DNA of 64,000 nt from contig CAWDSK010000003.1 in the NCBI GenBank assembly GCA_963804995.1, positions 1,696,203 to 1,760,202 of the forward strand. Direction: 5' to 3'. This DNA comes from an uncultured Acidobacteriota bacterium. GTDB taxonomy: Bacteria > Acidobacteriota > Terriglobia > UBA7540. A model generated the notes under the pieces. That model was not told where the DNA came from, did no database searches, and saw nothing but the letters and a program-made list of their open reading frames with translations. The stretch's first letter is position 1. Each line of letters starts with the position of its first letter. Positions 33,067-42,877 of the stretch are shown here, piece after piece. The position numbers and the translations under genes were made by a program.

Positions 33067-33708
33067 ATGCGCCGCGCACGTGAACCGTTGAGGGTTTGTG
33101 CCGGTAAGTCAGGATCGACACGGGGCACGCTGGCACTGCTGATTTTTATATTCTTCGTCTTCCTGAATTCATCATATTCGCAACTGCCTATTTCCACTGG
33201 AGCTCCCTATGTGGGACAGAAGGCGCCCAGCTTCACGTTGCCTGACCAGCATGGCAAGCCGGTTTCACTGGCGGACCTCTTGAAGCCGGCCGCTGGGGAA
33301 ACGAAGTCAGGGGGGCTAGTACTAATTTTCTACCGTGGTTACTGGTGACCTTACTGTGTCTCCGAGTTACGGAGCTTCCAAGGCCAATTGAGCGAGTTCG
33401 GCAAGCGCGGCATTCGCGTGGTGGCGGTCAGTGTTGACCCCGTCGAGGTCAGCCGCAGGCTCGGTGAGAAAGCGGGCTTAACCTTCCCGCTCCTCTCGGA
33501 CGCCGAGGAGAAGGTCATTCGTCCATACGATCTCTTACACATCCGGGGCGGTCCGCAAGGGGTGGACATTGCGCGGCCCGCCGAATTCCTGATTGACCCC
33601 GCCGGCACCGTGCGCTGGGTAAACCTGACGGACGATATCCGCGTGCGCGCCCGCGGCGACGAGGTCCTTAGAGCAGCAGACAGACTGGGATGGGGTGCGC
33701 GCCCATAG
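33067..33708 (+). CDS. AhpC/TSA peroxiredoxin-like selenoprotein (UxxC)
   Basis: ORFs 33031-33348 and 33388-33708 are in frame; FYRGYW-TGA-PYC, APSFTLPD, VVAVSVD, FPLLSD, RPAEFLIDPAG. A hairpin follows the TGA immediately. Confidence 0.85.
33349..33383 (+). promoter_or_regulatory. Candidate bacterial SECIS element
   Basis: CCTT...CTCCG-AGTTA-CGGAG...AAGG stem-loop directly 3' of the TGA, with G-U in the apical loop. Confidence 0.6.
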
Positions 33709-33788
33709 TTGTTCCGGTAGCGGCGGACATCCCGCCGGTATTCCTTGCAACCATCGGCCTCTGATACTTTCCTTGAAGGGGTAAGGCC

Positions 33789-34538
33789 ATGCATAGACCA
33801 TTAACCATCGAGCAGGTTCAACAACTCAAAACCTTCGATACTTGCGTCATTGCTGACGCCATCGAAAGTTTCGGCGTACGCTTGCGCAACGAAGGGTTCG
33901 CGACCGCGGGCTTTCGCTGTCTCTTCAAAAGTCTCCCTTCCATGGTGGGTTACGCGGCCACTTGCAAAGTTCGCTCGGCAGGCCCGCCGATCGTGGGCAG
34001 CCGGTACGTGGAACGTACTGACTGGTGGAAGCATATTTGCGAAATTCCGGCTCCGCGCGTGTTGGTCCTACAAGACCTGGATGACCCACCCGGCACCGGA
34101 GCATATCTCGGCAAGGTTCACGCCAACGTTTTGATGGCCATGGGCTGCGTGGGGGCTGTAACCAACGGGGCCGCGCGCGAGTTGTCTGAAATCGAAGCAA
34201 GCGGCTTTCAGGTTTTCGCGGGACGTTTTGCCCTCTCGCGAGCTTATGTGCACATCATCGAATTCGGTACACCGGTGGAAGTGGGCGGACTGACGATTCA
34301 GGCCGGCGATTTGATTCACGGCGACCGGCATGGCATCCTGACCATTCCGCAAACACTGGCGGCGAAACTGCCTGCCGTGGCGTGCGTGATCCAGGAAAAG
34401 AAACAGCAGTTGATCGATTTGTCCAGGAAACCCGGAATCACCCGCGAGGAACTCTGCTGGGGGCTCAAGGATTTACTCGACTTTAACCCGGATTCCATTT
34501 GCATTGGAGCAAATCAAGGGATGACGAGTTCAGCTTAG
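33789..34538 (+). CDS. RraA-family / HMG aldolase-like protein
   Basis: DTCVIADA, VGYAAT, GAVTNGAARE, GDLIHGDRHG. Confidence 0.82.
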   Translation: MHRPLTIEQVQQLKTFDTCVIADAIESFGVRLRNEGFATAGFRCLFKSLPSMVGYAATCKVRSAGPPIVGSRYVERTDWWKHICEIPAPRVLVLQDLDDPPGTGAYLGKVHANVLMAMGCVGAVTNGAARELSEIEASGFQVFAGRFALSRAYVHIIEFGTPVEVGGLTIQAGDLIHGDRHGILTIPQTLAAKLPAVACVIQEKKQQLIDLSRKPGITREELCWGLKDLLDFNPDSICIGANQGMTSSA

Positions 34539-35497
34539 CTCATGCAGGATGTGCATTCCGCCAAATCATCCGTGATCTGAGAAATCCTGTCGTAACCAAC
34601 GCGTGCACTAAATGAAAACCGAAGAAGCACGTCATTGAGTTTCTCCGGCAGGTAAGGATAAATCTTGCGCAGGTTCATGACCCGGTACGGAAAGAAAACT
34701 GATGCATCGTCATGGGATAGCTCCCCGGAAAGTTCCGGTCGAGTTCCGAGGGCGTCGCGGAAGGTCATGAATCCTTTGGCGACGACACAGTGCAGAACGT
34801 TGCCCACGCTCCAGATGTCGAAGTCCGCGAAGCCCTGGTCGAGGTCGAAGTCGATCCACTTGTAGGAACCCGTTTCGCGCTCGACAAGCAGATGATCATT
34901 CCGAATGTCCCCGTGGCACAGCCCTGCTTCGTGCAGTCGCCCGAGAGCTGCGATATTGTCCAGCACTTTTACCAGGATCGTCGGAAGCAGGGTGCGACAA
35001 TATTCTTCGTGTCGAACCTGAACCGAGTGGAGGTAGGTCAACAGATCGATGCCGGGAATCCAATCGATAACTCGCACGGGGTTTCCAGATGCATCGCAGG
35101 CGGTGCGGCCCTGCATAAAGCGCGGGTCTCCGCGCACCAGCTCGAGGACCTTGCCCTCCTTCTCCGCGCTACGGAAACAGAGCACCTCCCTGGGGCCAAC
35201 CGAAACTTTGAACGACTCCTGGATGACCAACTTCAGGACATGCGTCTTTCCGGTGTTAAGGTCCAGCGCACGCTTTACCCAGAACTTGGGCTGATCATCT
35301 AATCCAAATCGTCCCTCGTGCTCATTGCCGCGGATCAGGAAGAGATTGCCCGCAAGATCAATAATGTGGTCCCGCTCGATCGACATGTAGTTGCTGGTAT
35401 CGTACCAAATCACCGGCGGACCTGGAATGGGTTGCATCCCGAAGCGCCGTAGCCGCTCTTGGATCCAGACTTCTGTAAATTGTGTTGAGTGGCTCAT
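34535..35497 (-). CDS. Atypical protein-kinase-like protein
   Basis: VLKL (beta3 Lys), HGDIRNDH catalytic loop, IDFD (DFG-like), DIWSVG. Confidence 0.75.
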   Translation of the reverse strand: MSHSTQFTEVWIQERLRRFGMQPIPGPPVIWYDTSNYMSIERDHIIDLAGNLFLIRGNEHEGRFGLDDQPKFWVKRALDLNTGKTHVLKLVIQESFKVSVGPREVLCFRSAEKEGKVLELVRGDPRFMQGRTACDASGNPVRVIDWIPGIDLLTYLHSVQVRHEEYCRTLLPTILVKVLDNIAALGRLHEAGLCHGDIRNDHLLVERETGSYKWIDFDLDQGFADFDIWSVGNVLHCVVAKGFMTFRDALGTRPELSGELSHDDASVFFPYRVMNLRKIYPYLPEKLNDVLLRFSFSARVGYDRISQITDDLAECTSCMS

Positions 35498-35554
35498 GGA
35501 AATAGCAGCTTGGCTGTCGAATCGTCATGCCGTACCCAGCATGCCGGATCCATA

Positions 35555-38113
35555 TCAGGGCGGGGAGGTTGGGTTGACTGACGGCTCCGGATCGCCAGCG
35601 TTAAAGGAATAATTGCCCGCCAGGAACTCCCGAGTGTACCACTTCATGGCATCAAGGCTGTTCATGTACATATCAAGCTGAGAGCTGCACGCCATCAGGC
35701 GGCCGAGGATGTCAAGATTCGTTTCGGTGTCCTCAGCGGGCGCCCTCTTGAACCACGCGTTCACCAGGTCTCCCCGGCGATCCACCACAAAGCCATAGTG
35801 AAGCAGGCAAGCTTCCAGGAAGCAGGCGCGCAGGCTTCGTCGCTGGCGGGTCGATCCTCCTCCCGTGAAGCGGAAAGAAATATAGTTATAGGAAGGGGTG
35901 TCAGAGAGGCAGGCATCCACCAGTGAAAAATGATAAGCGAGTCGTGAGTTCAGATTCATGTATTCGTCTGCGACCAGCAGATAGCTGCGCTCGCCCAGGG
36001 CCCGAATCTCGCTGGTTTGGGAGGAAAGTGAGCCCGTAATCACGGAGGCAAAGTCACTGAAGCTCGCGGGCATTTGGCGAGTCCAACTGACCGCCGGGTG
36101 GGTAATTCCTTTCCAGAGGGCCTGGAAGGGTCGGGACACGATCTCGGAGGGTTCTATTTCATCCCCCACACTCTCGGGCGCCAATCCACCGCCCAAGTCC
36201 AGGACGAATAGATTCACCGGGACTGTCGCCAGGAGCTTCCTGGAACGGTGCGAGTGGTGCTCCAACTCCTGGTCTTGGAGCGCGAACATGGCTTCAACCG
36301 CTTTCTCGTGGCAGAACCTGAGTACGTCGTGGGCGGATTTGCAGCCTCCGGGCCGGAAGTTGAAGGCGCTGGGATCCAGCAAATTAAGGGTGAGCAACCC
36401 TCGGCTAATCACATCCTCGGTTCTCGCCCGATACCGTTCGGCCAGGCTGATGAGTTCTGTGGGTGGCGGCCAGAGGAGGCCGCTGTAAACGCCGGGTTGA
36501 ACGGCATCAAGGCTTATGGCCTCTCCCGTCTTGATGCGATCGAAAATGCCGGGCATCTGCAATACCGATGGAACCTTAAACTCGCGCAGGAGCGTGGCGG
36601 CATGCCCGGTGATATTTCCGCGCTCGGCCACAAGTCCGGCGATGTGAGGAAGCACCTCGACGATTTCCGGCGACGTGCGTCGAATAATGACAATGGCCCC
36701 CTCAGGAGTCTTCCGCAGGGACTGGCGGTCTTCGGCCAAGTAAGCCTGCCCCGAGACCTGTCCGGGATACACGGTAAGGCCCCCGGAGACAAGTGCCACA
36801 CCGCGGGCCCTGGATTTCGATCTTATCCGCTCCACCAGTGCCAAGGGACGGGACTGGAGGACCCAGATCTTTCCGCCTTCATCCAACGCCCATTCCACAT
36901 CTTGGGGGCTTCCGAAGTGCTCCTCAACACGGGCGCCCAACTCCGCCAGGGCCTGCAGGTGCTCGATTTTAAGACTGGGCAGAGCGCCTTGGGCCACGTC
37001 CAGCGGCTGGTGCGAAACACCTCCGTCCTTTCCAAGAACAATAACCTTTTCCTTCGGGGAGATATTTGACTCGATAAGATGATAGGGACGTTTCCGGGAG
37101 AGGACGAACAGGTCGGGCGTCATTTGGCCGCCGGCGATGTTGAGTCCCAAGCCCCACGTGGAAGTCACCCAGCAAACGTCGCGTTTCCGGTCCCGTGGGT
37201 CGCGGGTGTAGAGAATACCGGAGACTCGCGCTTTGATGACCGGCAGGAACAGCACGGCCATGGGACTTTCCACTTCCGGCAACCCCGTCGAAAGGCGGTA
37301 GGAAAGGGCCTGCTCGCTGAAGCGTCCGGCTACAACGCGCTTATAAGCGTCCACCGCCTGTTCGGGAGGTACGTTAATCAAGCTCAGGAATTGGCCTGCG
37401 AAGGTTCTTAAACCGCCTTCGCCGACCGCGCTCGAGCGCACGGCCAAGCCCACCTCGCCTTTTCCCAGTAATCGGGCGCGCTCAGTGATGGCCACTTCGA
37501 CGGCTCTGGGAACGGATGCCGCCATGACCATTTCGGTCAACCGATTGGAGATCGTCTGCAACCCTTCGAGGTCAGCCAGGTCGCTGTCGCGGAGCGCGTC
37601 GCGGATCGAGGACCATAAGGGAATGCCACAGAACTGGCGATAGGCTTCGGTGGTCAGGACAAATCCATCCGGAACTGGCAGCCCCAGCCGATTTTTGATT
37701 TCTCCCAGCGCCGCGGCTTTCCCCCCCACCTCCATGACGGCGCTGGACCCGACCTCGGACAGCGACGCGGCCAACCGGGGGATGACCTGTTCCTGCTGGG
37801 TGGCAATGTAGGTCTCGACGGCCTGCCGCTGCTCGTCAAGGACTCGGGTCAAGGCTGGCTCCATCTTGCCCGTGAGCGTCGAAAGTTCCCCAACGATGCC
37901 TTGCGCTTTTTGGAAGATGGCAACGACGCGCTCGCCCGCCACTTCCCGGCGCGGGGAGATGAATTGCAGATCCTCCTGCAAACTCGCCATCTGCTCCAAG
38001 CATTCGTTGTTGAGGGAAAGGAGCTTGCGAAAGGTTGTGTACTTCTGCCTCAGCCTGACTTCAGCGGAGGCTGCCGCGCGGTTTGTATCCTTTTTTCGCC
38101 GCCACCAGAACAT
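35555..38113 (-). CDS. PEP/pyruvate-binding (PEP synthase-like) protein with phospho-His swivel domain
   Basis: VGGKAAALGE, VPDGF, AVRSSA, FAGQF, QDVEWA, LQSRP; TGHAA phospho-His motif; non-canonical C-terminal domain. Confidence 0.82.
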   Translation of the reverse strand: MFWWRRKKDTNRAAASAEVRLRQKYTTFRKLLSLNNECLEQMASLQEDLQFISPRREVAGERVVAIFQKAQGIVGELSTLTGKMEPALTRVLDEQRQAVETYIATQQEQVIPRLAASLSEVGSSAVMEVGGKAAALGEIKNRLGLPVPDGFVLTTEAYRQFCGIPLWSSIRDALRDSDLADLEGLQTISNRLTEMVMAASVPRAVEVAITERARLLGKGEVGLAVRSSAVGEGGLRTFAGQFLSLINVPPEQAVDAYKRVVAGRFSEQALSYRLSTGLPEVESPMAVLFLPVIKARVSGILYTRDPRDRKRDVCWVTSTWGLGLNIAGGQMTPDLFVLSRKRPYHLIESNISPKEKVIVLGKDGGVSHQPLDVAQGALPSLKIEHLQALAELGARVEEHFGSPQDVEWALDEGGKIWVLQSRPLALVERIRSKSRARGVALVSGGLTVYPGQVSGQAYLAEDRQSLRKTPEGAIVIIRRTSPEIVEVLPHIAGLVAERGNITGHAATLLREFKVPSVLQMPGIFDRIKTGEAISLDAVQPGVYSGLLWPPPTELISLAERYRARTEDVISRGLLTLNLLDPSAFNFRPGGCKSAHDVLRFCHEKAVEAMFALQDQELEHHSHRSRKLLATVPVNLFVLDLGGGLAPESVGDEIEPSEIVSRPFQALWKGITHPAVSWTRQMPASFSDFASVITGSLSSQTSEIRALGERSYLLVADEYMNLNSRLAYHFSLVDACLSDTPSYNYISFRFTGGGSTRQRRSLRACFLEACLLHYGFVVDRRGDLVNAWFKRAPAEDTETNLDILGRLMACSSQLDMYMNSLDAMKWYTREFLAGNYSFNAGDPEPSVNPTSPP

Positions 38114-38171
38114 AAAGGCCTGCCGTTCGGGCGATTCAGGGCACCCAGGTCCCCACACTCATTCCAGCCCT

Positions 38172-38960
38172 TCAGTGGCCCGCCACTTTCCGCTTGAAGA
38201 TACGGGAGGCGATGAAGTCGATGCCAAACCCCGCCCCCATGGCAATGATGACAGAGATGATTCCGTAGAGTGAGGCGCGCTCTCTGGCCAGCCTGGCAAC
38301 CAAAGCCGGAAAGCCGACTTCCACAACACCCAGATCAATATCCGACTTGTTAGCGACCTCGCCGTTTCGACATTCGAGCACGCTCACTTGGTATTTTCCC
38401 GGCGACGCCGTTTTGGGCATTTCGAAGTCCAAGCTGTAAGGAAGCCCGGCTTGAGCCAGCGTCCCAGTTTGGACACTGGCCGAGTTGATCCGGTAATTTC
38501 CCTGGTGGACTTTATAGGCCAGGAAGTCATCAGCGATGGGGTCTCGGTCCTGCGCCTTGGTTTCGACCTGCATGTGCTTTTTGAGAGAGGCCAGGTCGAG
38601 TTGGTACTGTTCGATGGCTGCGGAATTGAGGCAGATGTTGACGGGCTCGGAGCTGAAGATCAACAGCAATGAGGGGGCGGCAGAGATAGTGACTTTCCCC
38701 GTGTTCACCCAGATCGGTCCCACTCGGCCGACCTTGTTGAAGACTTCGGCGGCAGATGGACCGCGCACCACCACGACGATCTTGCTGCCTGCGCCCGCCA
38801 TCCCAGCCACGTGCATTTTGGCGCCGCCATAAAACGTCCCCAATTCCACGGTCGGGGGAGTGAGTTTCACTTTGACTGGCTCAAGCGCTGCAGCGCCTCG
38901 GGCGATCAGCGAGAGGACCAGGAATTGGAGGATGAGGACCAATAAGTTTCGGTGTCCCAT
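38172..38960 (-). CDS. TIGR02186-like membrane-anchored protein (TauE partner)
   Basis: Signal peptide, VVVVRGP, RVGPIWVN, C-terminal TM YGIISVIIAMGAG; directly follows tauE. Confidence 0.75.
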   Translation of the reverse strand: MGHRNLLVLILQFLVLSLIARGAAALEPVKVKLTPPTVELGTFYGGAKMHVAGMAGAGSKIVVVVRGPSAAEVFNKVGRVGPIWVNTGKVTISAAPSLLLIFSSEPVNICLNSAAIEQYQLDLASLKKHMQVETKAQDRDPIADDFLAYKVHQGNYRINSASVQTGTLAQAGLPYSLDFEMPKTASPGKYQVSVLECRNGEVANKSDIDLGVVEVGFPALVARLARERASLYGIISVIIAMGAGFGIDFIASRIFKRKVAGH

Positions 38961-38962
38961 GA

Positions 38963-39877
38963 TTAGTGCCCCCTGGCCGGAGTGATTTGCAGGCTGGGGG
39001 TCATCAGCAGGCCCACCGCCATCTTGATCATGACCACCAACACAATCGAAGCAAGCAGGATTTTCAGTTGGTCGCCTCGCAACCGGCGGCCAACCCGAGT
39101 CCCGATCTGCGCTCCGATCGTGGACCCAGCCGCCAGGAGGAGCGCCAGCATCAGGTCCACGGTATGGTTGGTGGTCGCCTGCAAGAACGTCACCCCGGCG
39201 GAGGTAAAGAGAATCTGGAAGAGGTCAGTTCCAACCGCTTTGTGCATGGGCATGCGCAACAGATAAACCATCATGGGAACCATGATGAACCCACCGCCCA
39301 CCCCCATGATCGCGGCCAGGATTCCCACGATCCCACAGAGCACGAAGGGGACGAAAACGGAATGACGAATTTGGGAGCGGGGGAAGTTAATCTGGAACGG
39401 CAGGCGGCTGAGTAGACCTTGCTCGGCTGAAGCGCGATGCGATTTCGGGACCAGCGCCCCTCGCCGGAGGTTTTGAAGGCTCTCGAAGAACATGTAGCTG
39501 CCGATCGCGCCCAGCACGATCACGTAGGTCACCGTAATGACGAAGTCGGCGCTGCCCAGGGCGCGGAGGACCTTGATGATCCGCACGCCCACCGCTGCCC
39601 CTGCCAAGCCGCCCAGAAGCAACACGAAACCCAACTTAACGTCCACATTCCCCAAACGGAAATGGGCGGCCGCCCCCGAAGACGATCCCGCCACAATCTG
39701 GCAGGAGTCCGAGGCGGCAGCCACGGTGGGCGGAATACCAATCATCATCAGGATGGGAGTGAGCAGGAACCCTCCACTGACTCCAAACATGCCGGAAAGG
39801 AAACCGACCAGGGCCCCCACTCCCACCAGAATCGGGAGGGGGATGCTCATGCCTGCCACGGGGAGAAGTATCCACAT
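38963..39877 (-). CDS. TauE/SafE (TSUP) sulfite exporter family protein
   Basis: GFLSGMFGVSGGFLLTP, MGVGGGF, AVGTDLFQI. Confidence 0.9.
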   Translation of the reverse strand: MWILLPVAGMSIPLPILVGVGALVGFLSGMFGVSGGFLLTPILMMIGIPPTVAAASDSCQIVAGSSSGAAAHFRLGNVDVKLGFVLLLGGLAGAAVGVRIIKVLRALGSADFVITVTYVIVLGAIGSYMFFESLQNLRRGALVPKSHRASAEQGLLSRLPFQINFPRSQIRHSVFVPFVLCGIVGILAAIMGVGGGFIMVPMMVYLLRMPMHKAVGTDLFQILFTSAGVTFLQATTNHTVDLMLALLLAAGSTIGAQIGTRVGRRLRGDQLKILLASIVLVVMIKMAVGLLMTPSLQITPARGH

Positions 39878-39899
39878 TATGGCCTCACAACCGTTCGAG

Positions 39900-40880
39900 C
39901 TACAGGTGGCCTGGAAGGGGGCCACTGCGAGGTAGAGTCGAGACCGGGCGCGAGACTGCCGGAGGGCTGATGACTTCGGCGGGATGAAGCAGGTTGGAGG
40001 GCGTTAAGACTAAGCCGAATACCATTTTTATGGTCACGCCGACCACGAGGGAAGCCAGCACAATCATCAACTGCTCGCCTCGCAGATGCCGGCTCAAGCG
40101 AGCGCCCACTTGCGCTCCCACCGCCGAGCCGGCCGCCATAGCCAGGGCTAGAACAAAATCCACCGTCTGATTCGTCGTGGCCTGCATGTAGGTCACGCCG
40201 ATGCATAAGAAGAGAATCTGAAAGAGGTCGGTGCCGACCGCAACGTGGGTGGGCATTCCGAGCAGATAAACCATCATCGGCAACATCACGAAACCCCCTC
40301 CCACCCCCATGATCGACGCGAGGACGCCGACCAGGAACGCCAACATCGGAGGGATGAGGATCGAGTGACGGACACCCGAACGGGGAAATTCCATTTGCCA
40401 CGGCAGCCGGGATAACACGCTTTGGCGGCTTCGGGGTTTCGCTGATCGGCGTACCATGGTCCCGCGACGCATGGTCCGTAAGCTCTGCACGAGCATATAC
40501 GCCCCGAGACCGCCGAGCACCACGACGTAGGTCAGGGTGATCAAGAGATCGGCTTCACCCAGGCTGCGCAGGATTTTAATGGCCCGGACGCCCACTGCCG
40601 CACCCAACCAGCCACCCGTCAGCAGCAGGGCTCCAATCTTCACGTCGACATTCCCCAGGCGAAAATGCGCCGCGACCCCGGAGGAAGAGGTGGCGACCAT
40701 CTGGCAGGAACCAGACGCCGCCGCAACCGTGGGGGGAACTCCGATCATCATCAAGGCGGGGGTAATCAGGAACCCTCCGCCTACGCCCACCAGCCCCGAA
40801 AGCACTCCTACGGAAGTACCGATGCCGAGCACATAGAGCAGACTGAGGCTGATGCCAGCAACCGGCAGGAAGATAGACAC
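39900..40880 (-). CDS. TauE/SafE (TSUP) family protein, tandem paralog
   Basis: GLVGVGGGFLITP, MGVGGGF, AVGTDLFQI; GTG start after GGAGG. Confidence 0.9.
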   Translation of the reverse strand: MSIFLPVAGISLSLLYVLGIGTSVGVLSGLVGVGGGFLITPALMMIGVPPTVAAASGSCQMVATSSSGVAAHFRLGNVDVKIGALLLTGGWLGAAVGVRAIKILRSLGEADLLITLTYVVVLGGLGAYMLVQSLRTMRRGTMVRRSAKPRSRQSVLSRLPWQMEFPRSGVRHSILIPPMLAFLVGVLASIMGVGGGFVMLPMMVYLLGMPTHVAVGTDLFQILFLCIGVTYMQATTNQTVDFVLALAMAAGSAVGAQVGARLSRHLRGEQLMIVLASLVVGVTIKMVFGLVLTPSNLLHPAEVISPPAVSRPVSTLPRSGPLPGHL

Positions 40881-41221
40881 TCTGCAGCTCCCTCCCTTAC
40901 AACTCCGGACGCGTTAGCCCCCGTTCGGCGCGGGGTCCTTGATCGAATTCGCGGATTCTACACCTCTGCATTGCTGTCGGATAACTGAAAACGTCCCACT
41001 TCCAGGCATAGCGGGTACGGCGGGTCTTCTGCGAAGGATCGAAGTTGCAATCGTAAAGGACACTTGGGTTCTTATCTCGCATTCGTGCAGGGCTCACTGA
41101 AGCCACTCATGTGCTGCCTCGCCGCCTCCCGCGCGAGTGGGGAACGGCGAAGCCTGAGTACTAACGCTAGCTGGCCACCTTCGTCAGGAAGGGGAGGTAT
41201 GCCTGGTGCCGCATCCGGGGA

Positions 41222-42034
41222 TCACACGCGGGTGGCCGGGATCAGTTCGTCCAGGTTCAATCCCGTCACACCCGAAACGGCCATGGCCACCCGCCTCACC
41301 TCACCCAATTCACCGGTTTCCGTCACCTTGCCTCGGAGGAAAACCTGCCCGCCTCTCGCGTTTGCCTCCACTTCGAGATGTGACGTACTGGGATTCATCG
41401 CCAGAGCAGCGCGCACGCGGCTGGCGACGGCCAGGTCGTTCAACCCGGCCCGGCACTCCGCAGACAGCTCGAAACACCGCCGCGTTCGAGTGAGGGCGTT
41501 AATGACCTCACACGCTTCCTCGATGTCCATATGTTCCAGGTTAAGCACGAGATCATAGAGAGCGGGATCTTCCCAGTCGACACCATAGAGAAATTGCGTC
41601 CACTTTTTCCTGCCCTCGTCCATTTTCTTGATGTAGTCGAGCGCTTCATTGCCGGTGAGCTTTAGCCTCTCTTGGACCATCGCCAGCCGCATTTCGATGG
41701 GAGCAATGATCCTGATCCTCAGGACCGCGGCTGCCCCCTTCAACATCAAATGCCCCGCATTCCCGTGATAGACCACGTTTCCATCCTTTACCTCCTCGGC
41801 CAGGGCGGCTTGAAATAACGTCAGATATTGGTACCGCTTATGCTGGAAGCGTTCCAAGAACCCCGGGGGATTGAGCAAGGCGGCGAGGAGTTCCTCGTGA
41901 GAAACCCCACTTGCTGCGGCGCGCTCGACGATAGTTTCTCGTCCGATGCAGCGATAACCCAGCTTGGCAGCCAGGCACTCCGCAAGTGTCTTTCCCCCAC
42001 TGAAGGAACCGCGCGAGATCGTAATCACGGACAT
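41222..42034 (-). CDS. Cytidylate-kinase-like protein with C-terminal BON-like domain
   Basis: ITISRGSFSGGKTLA P-loop-like, YDLVLN, RVRAAL...GQVFLRGKV...VSGVTGL. Confidence 0.8.
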   Translation of the reverse strand: MSVITISRGSFSGGKTLAECLAAKLGYRCIGRETIVERAAASGVSHEELLAALLNPPGFLERFQHKRYQYLTLFQAALAEEVKDGNVVYHGNAGHLMLKGAAAVLRIRIIAPIEMRLAMVQERLKLTGNEALDYIKKMDEGRKKWTQFLYGVDWEDPALYDLVLNLEHMDIEEACEVINALTRTRRCFELSAECRAGLNDLAVASRVRAALAMNPSTSHLEVEANARGGQVFLRGKVTETGELGEVRRVAMAVSGVTGLNLDELIPATRV

Positions 42035-42055
42035 ACGTCCTCCGTTCGGGCAGCA

Positions 42056-42084
42056 AAATTAACCGCATCGTAGCACAATGTCAA
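42056..42084 (-). promoter_or_regulatory. Sigma70-like promoter for the CMK-like gene
   Basis: Minus strand TTGACA-N17-TAATTT, followed by GGAGG RBS. Confidence 0.55.
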
Positions 42085-42179
42085 ATCGTTCTCTGTTACG
42101 GGCACGAACGCTTGCTGTGCAGAGCCTAACTCCTAGCGCCGGGAGGAGCGCTCCCTTGCTCTACACAAACCCGCCGCTG

Positions 42180-42647
42180 CTAGGCGAGCCCCAAACCGAC
42201 CACCTGCACGACCGCCCGCAGCCTCTCCATCGCCTCCACGTAACGCTTGAAGAAAATCTGGGAGATTTTCCTTTCGATGGCGTAGCCGGCCACGGGGTTT
42301 TTATCCAGGATAACGCGCAGGACCCGGCTCTCCACCTTGAGCACATCCGAATCTTCGACGCACTCGGCGTTCAACAGGTACCGCTCCCCTTGCGCCAGGG
42401 AGGAGACCCCGAAGACGCCTCCTTCGGGGATGTTGTCCACGAGCAAGCTGAGGCCTCCCGGGGTGGGTCTCCTCAGTTCCACCTTCCCTTTCAGGAGTAC
42501 AAACAGGTGGCTTGCCGGAAGCCCCGCGGAGTATACTTTTTCGCCTTTCTTGAGCCCCACGACCCCGGATGCGTTGCTGAGCTTTTCCACTTCCTCCGGG
42601 GTCAGGAGCGCGAACAGGTCCTGGCGTTGCAGCTTTTCTGTGACCAT
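42180..42647 (-). CDS. Stand-alone cyclic-nucleotide-binding domain protein
   Basis: LFALLTPEE, GEKVYSAG, LFVLLKGKVEL, GVFGVSSL; no HTH. Confidence 0.8.
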   Translation of the reverse strand: MVTEKLQRQDLFALLTPEEVEKLSNASGVVGLKKGEKVYSAGLPASHLFVLLKGKVELRRPTPGGLSLLVDNIPEGGVFGVSSLAQGERYLLNAECVEDSDVLKVESRVLRVILDKNPVAGYAIERKISQIFFKRYVEAMERLRAVVQVVGLGLA

Positions 42648-42877
42648 AGCAGTTCCTCCTATGCCAGCATTTCTCCCGATGGCAACCAAGCGGAAAACCA
42701 CAATGTTCTGCGCGCCGGAAACTCAATCCGGAATTTCCCTTTTCATCTTCCGCACGACCGGTAACCTACACCCGACCGCTTCTGTATGCAAGGTCCAGTC
42801 GATATCCCTACTCATCATGGTAAGATTGTGGGGCATTCGCCCGGATGCAATCGGAAGTGTGGGGGGCAACAGTTTTG

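Noticed and set aside
40897..41220. Possible small ORF or riboswitch upstream of the tauE pair
   Set aside because: No riboswitch consensus I can recognise and no support for the 69-aa ORF; needs an Rfam/Infernal scan.
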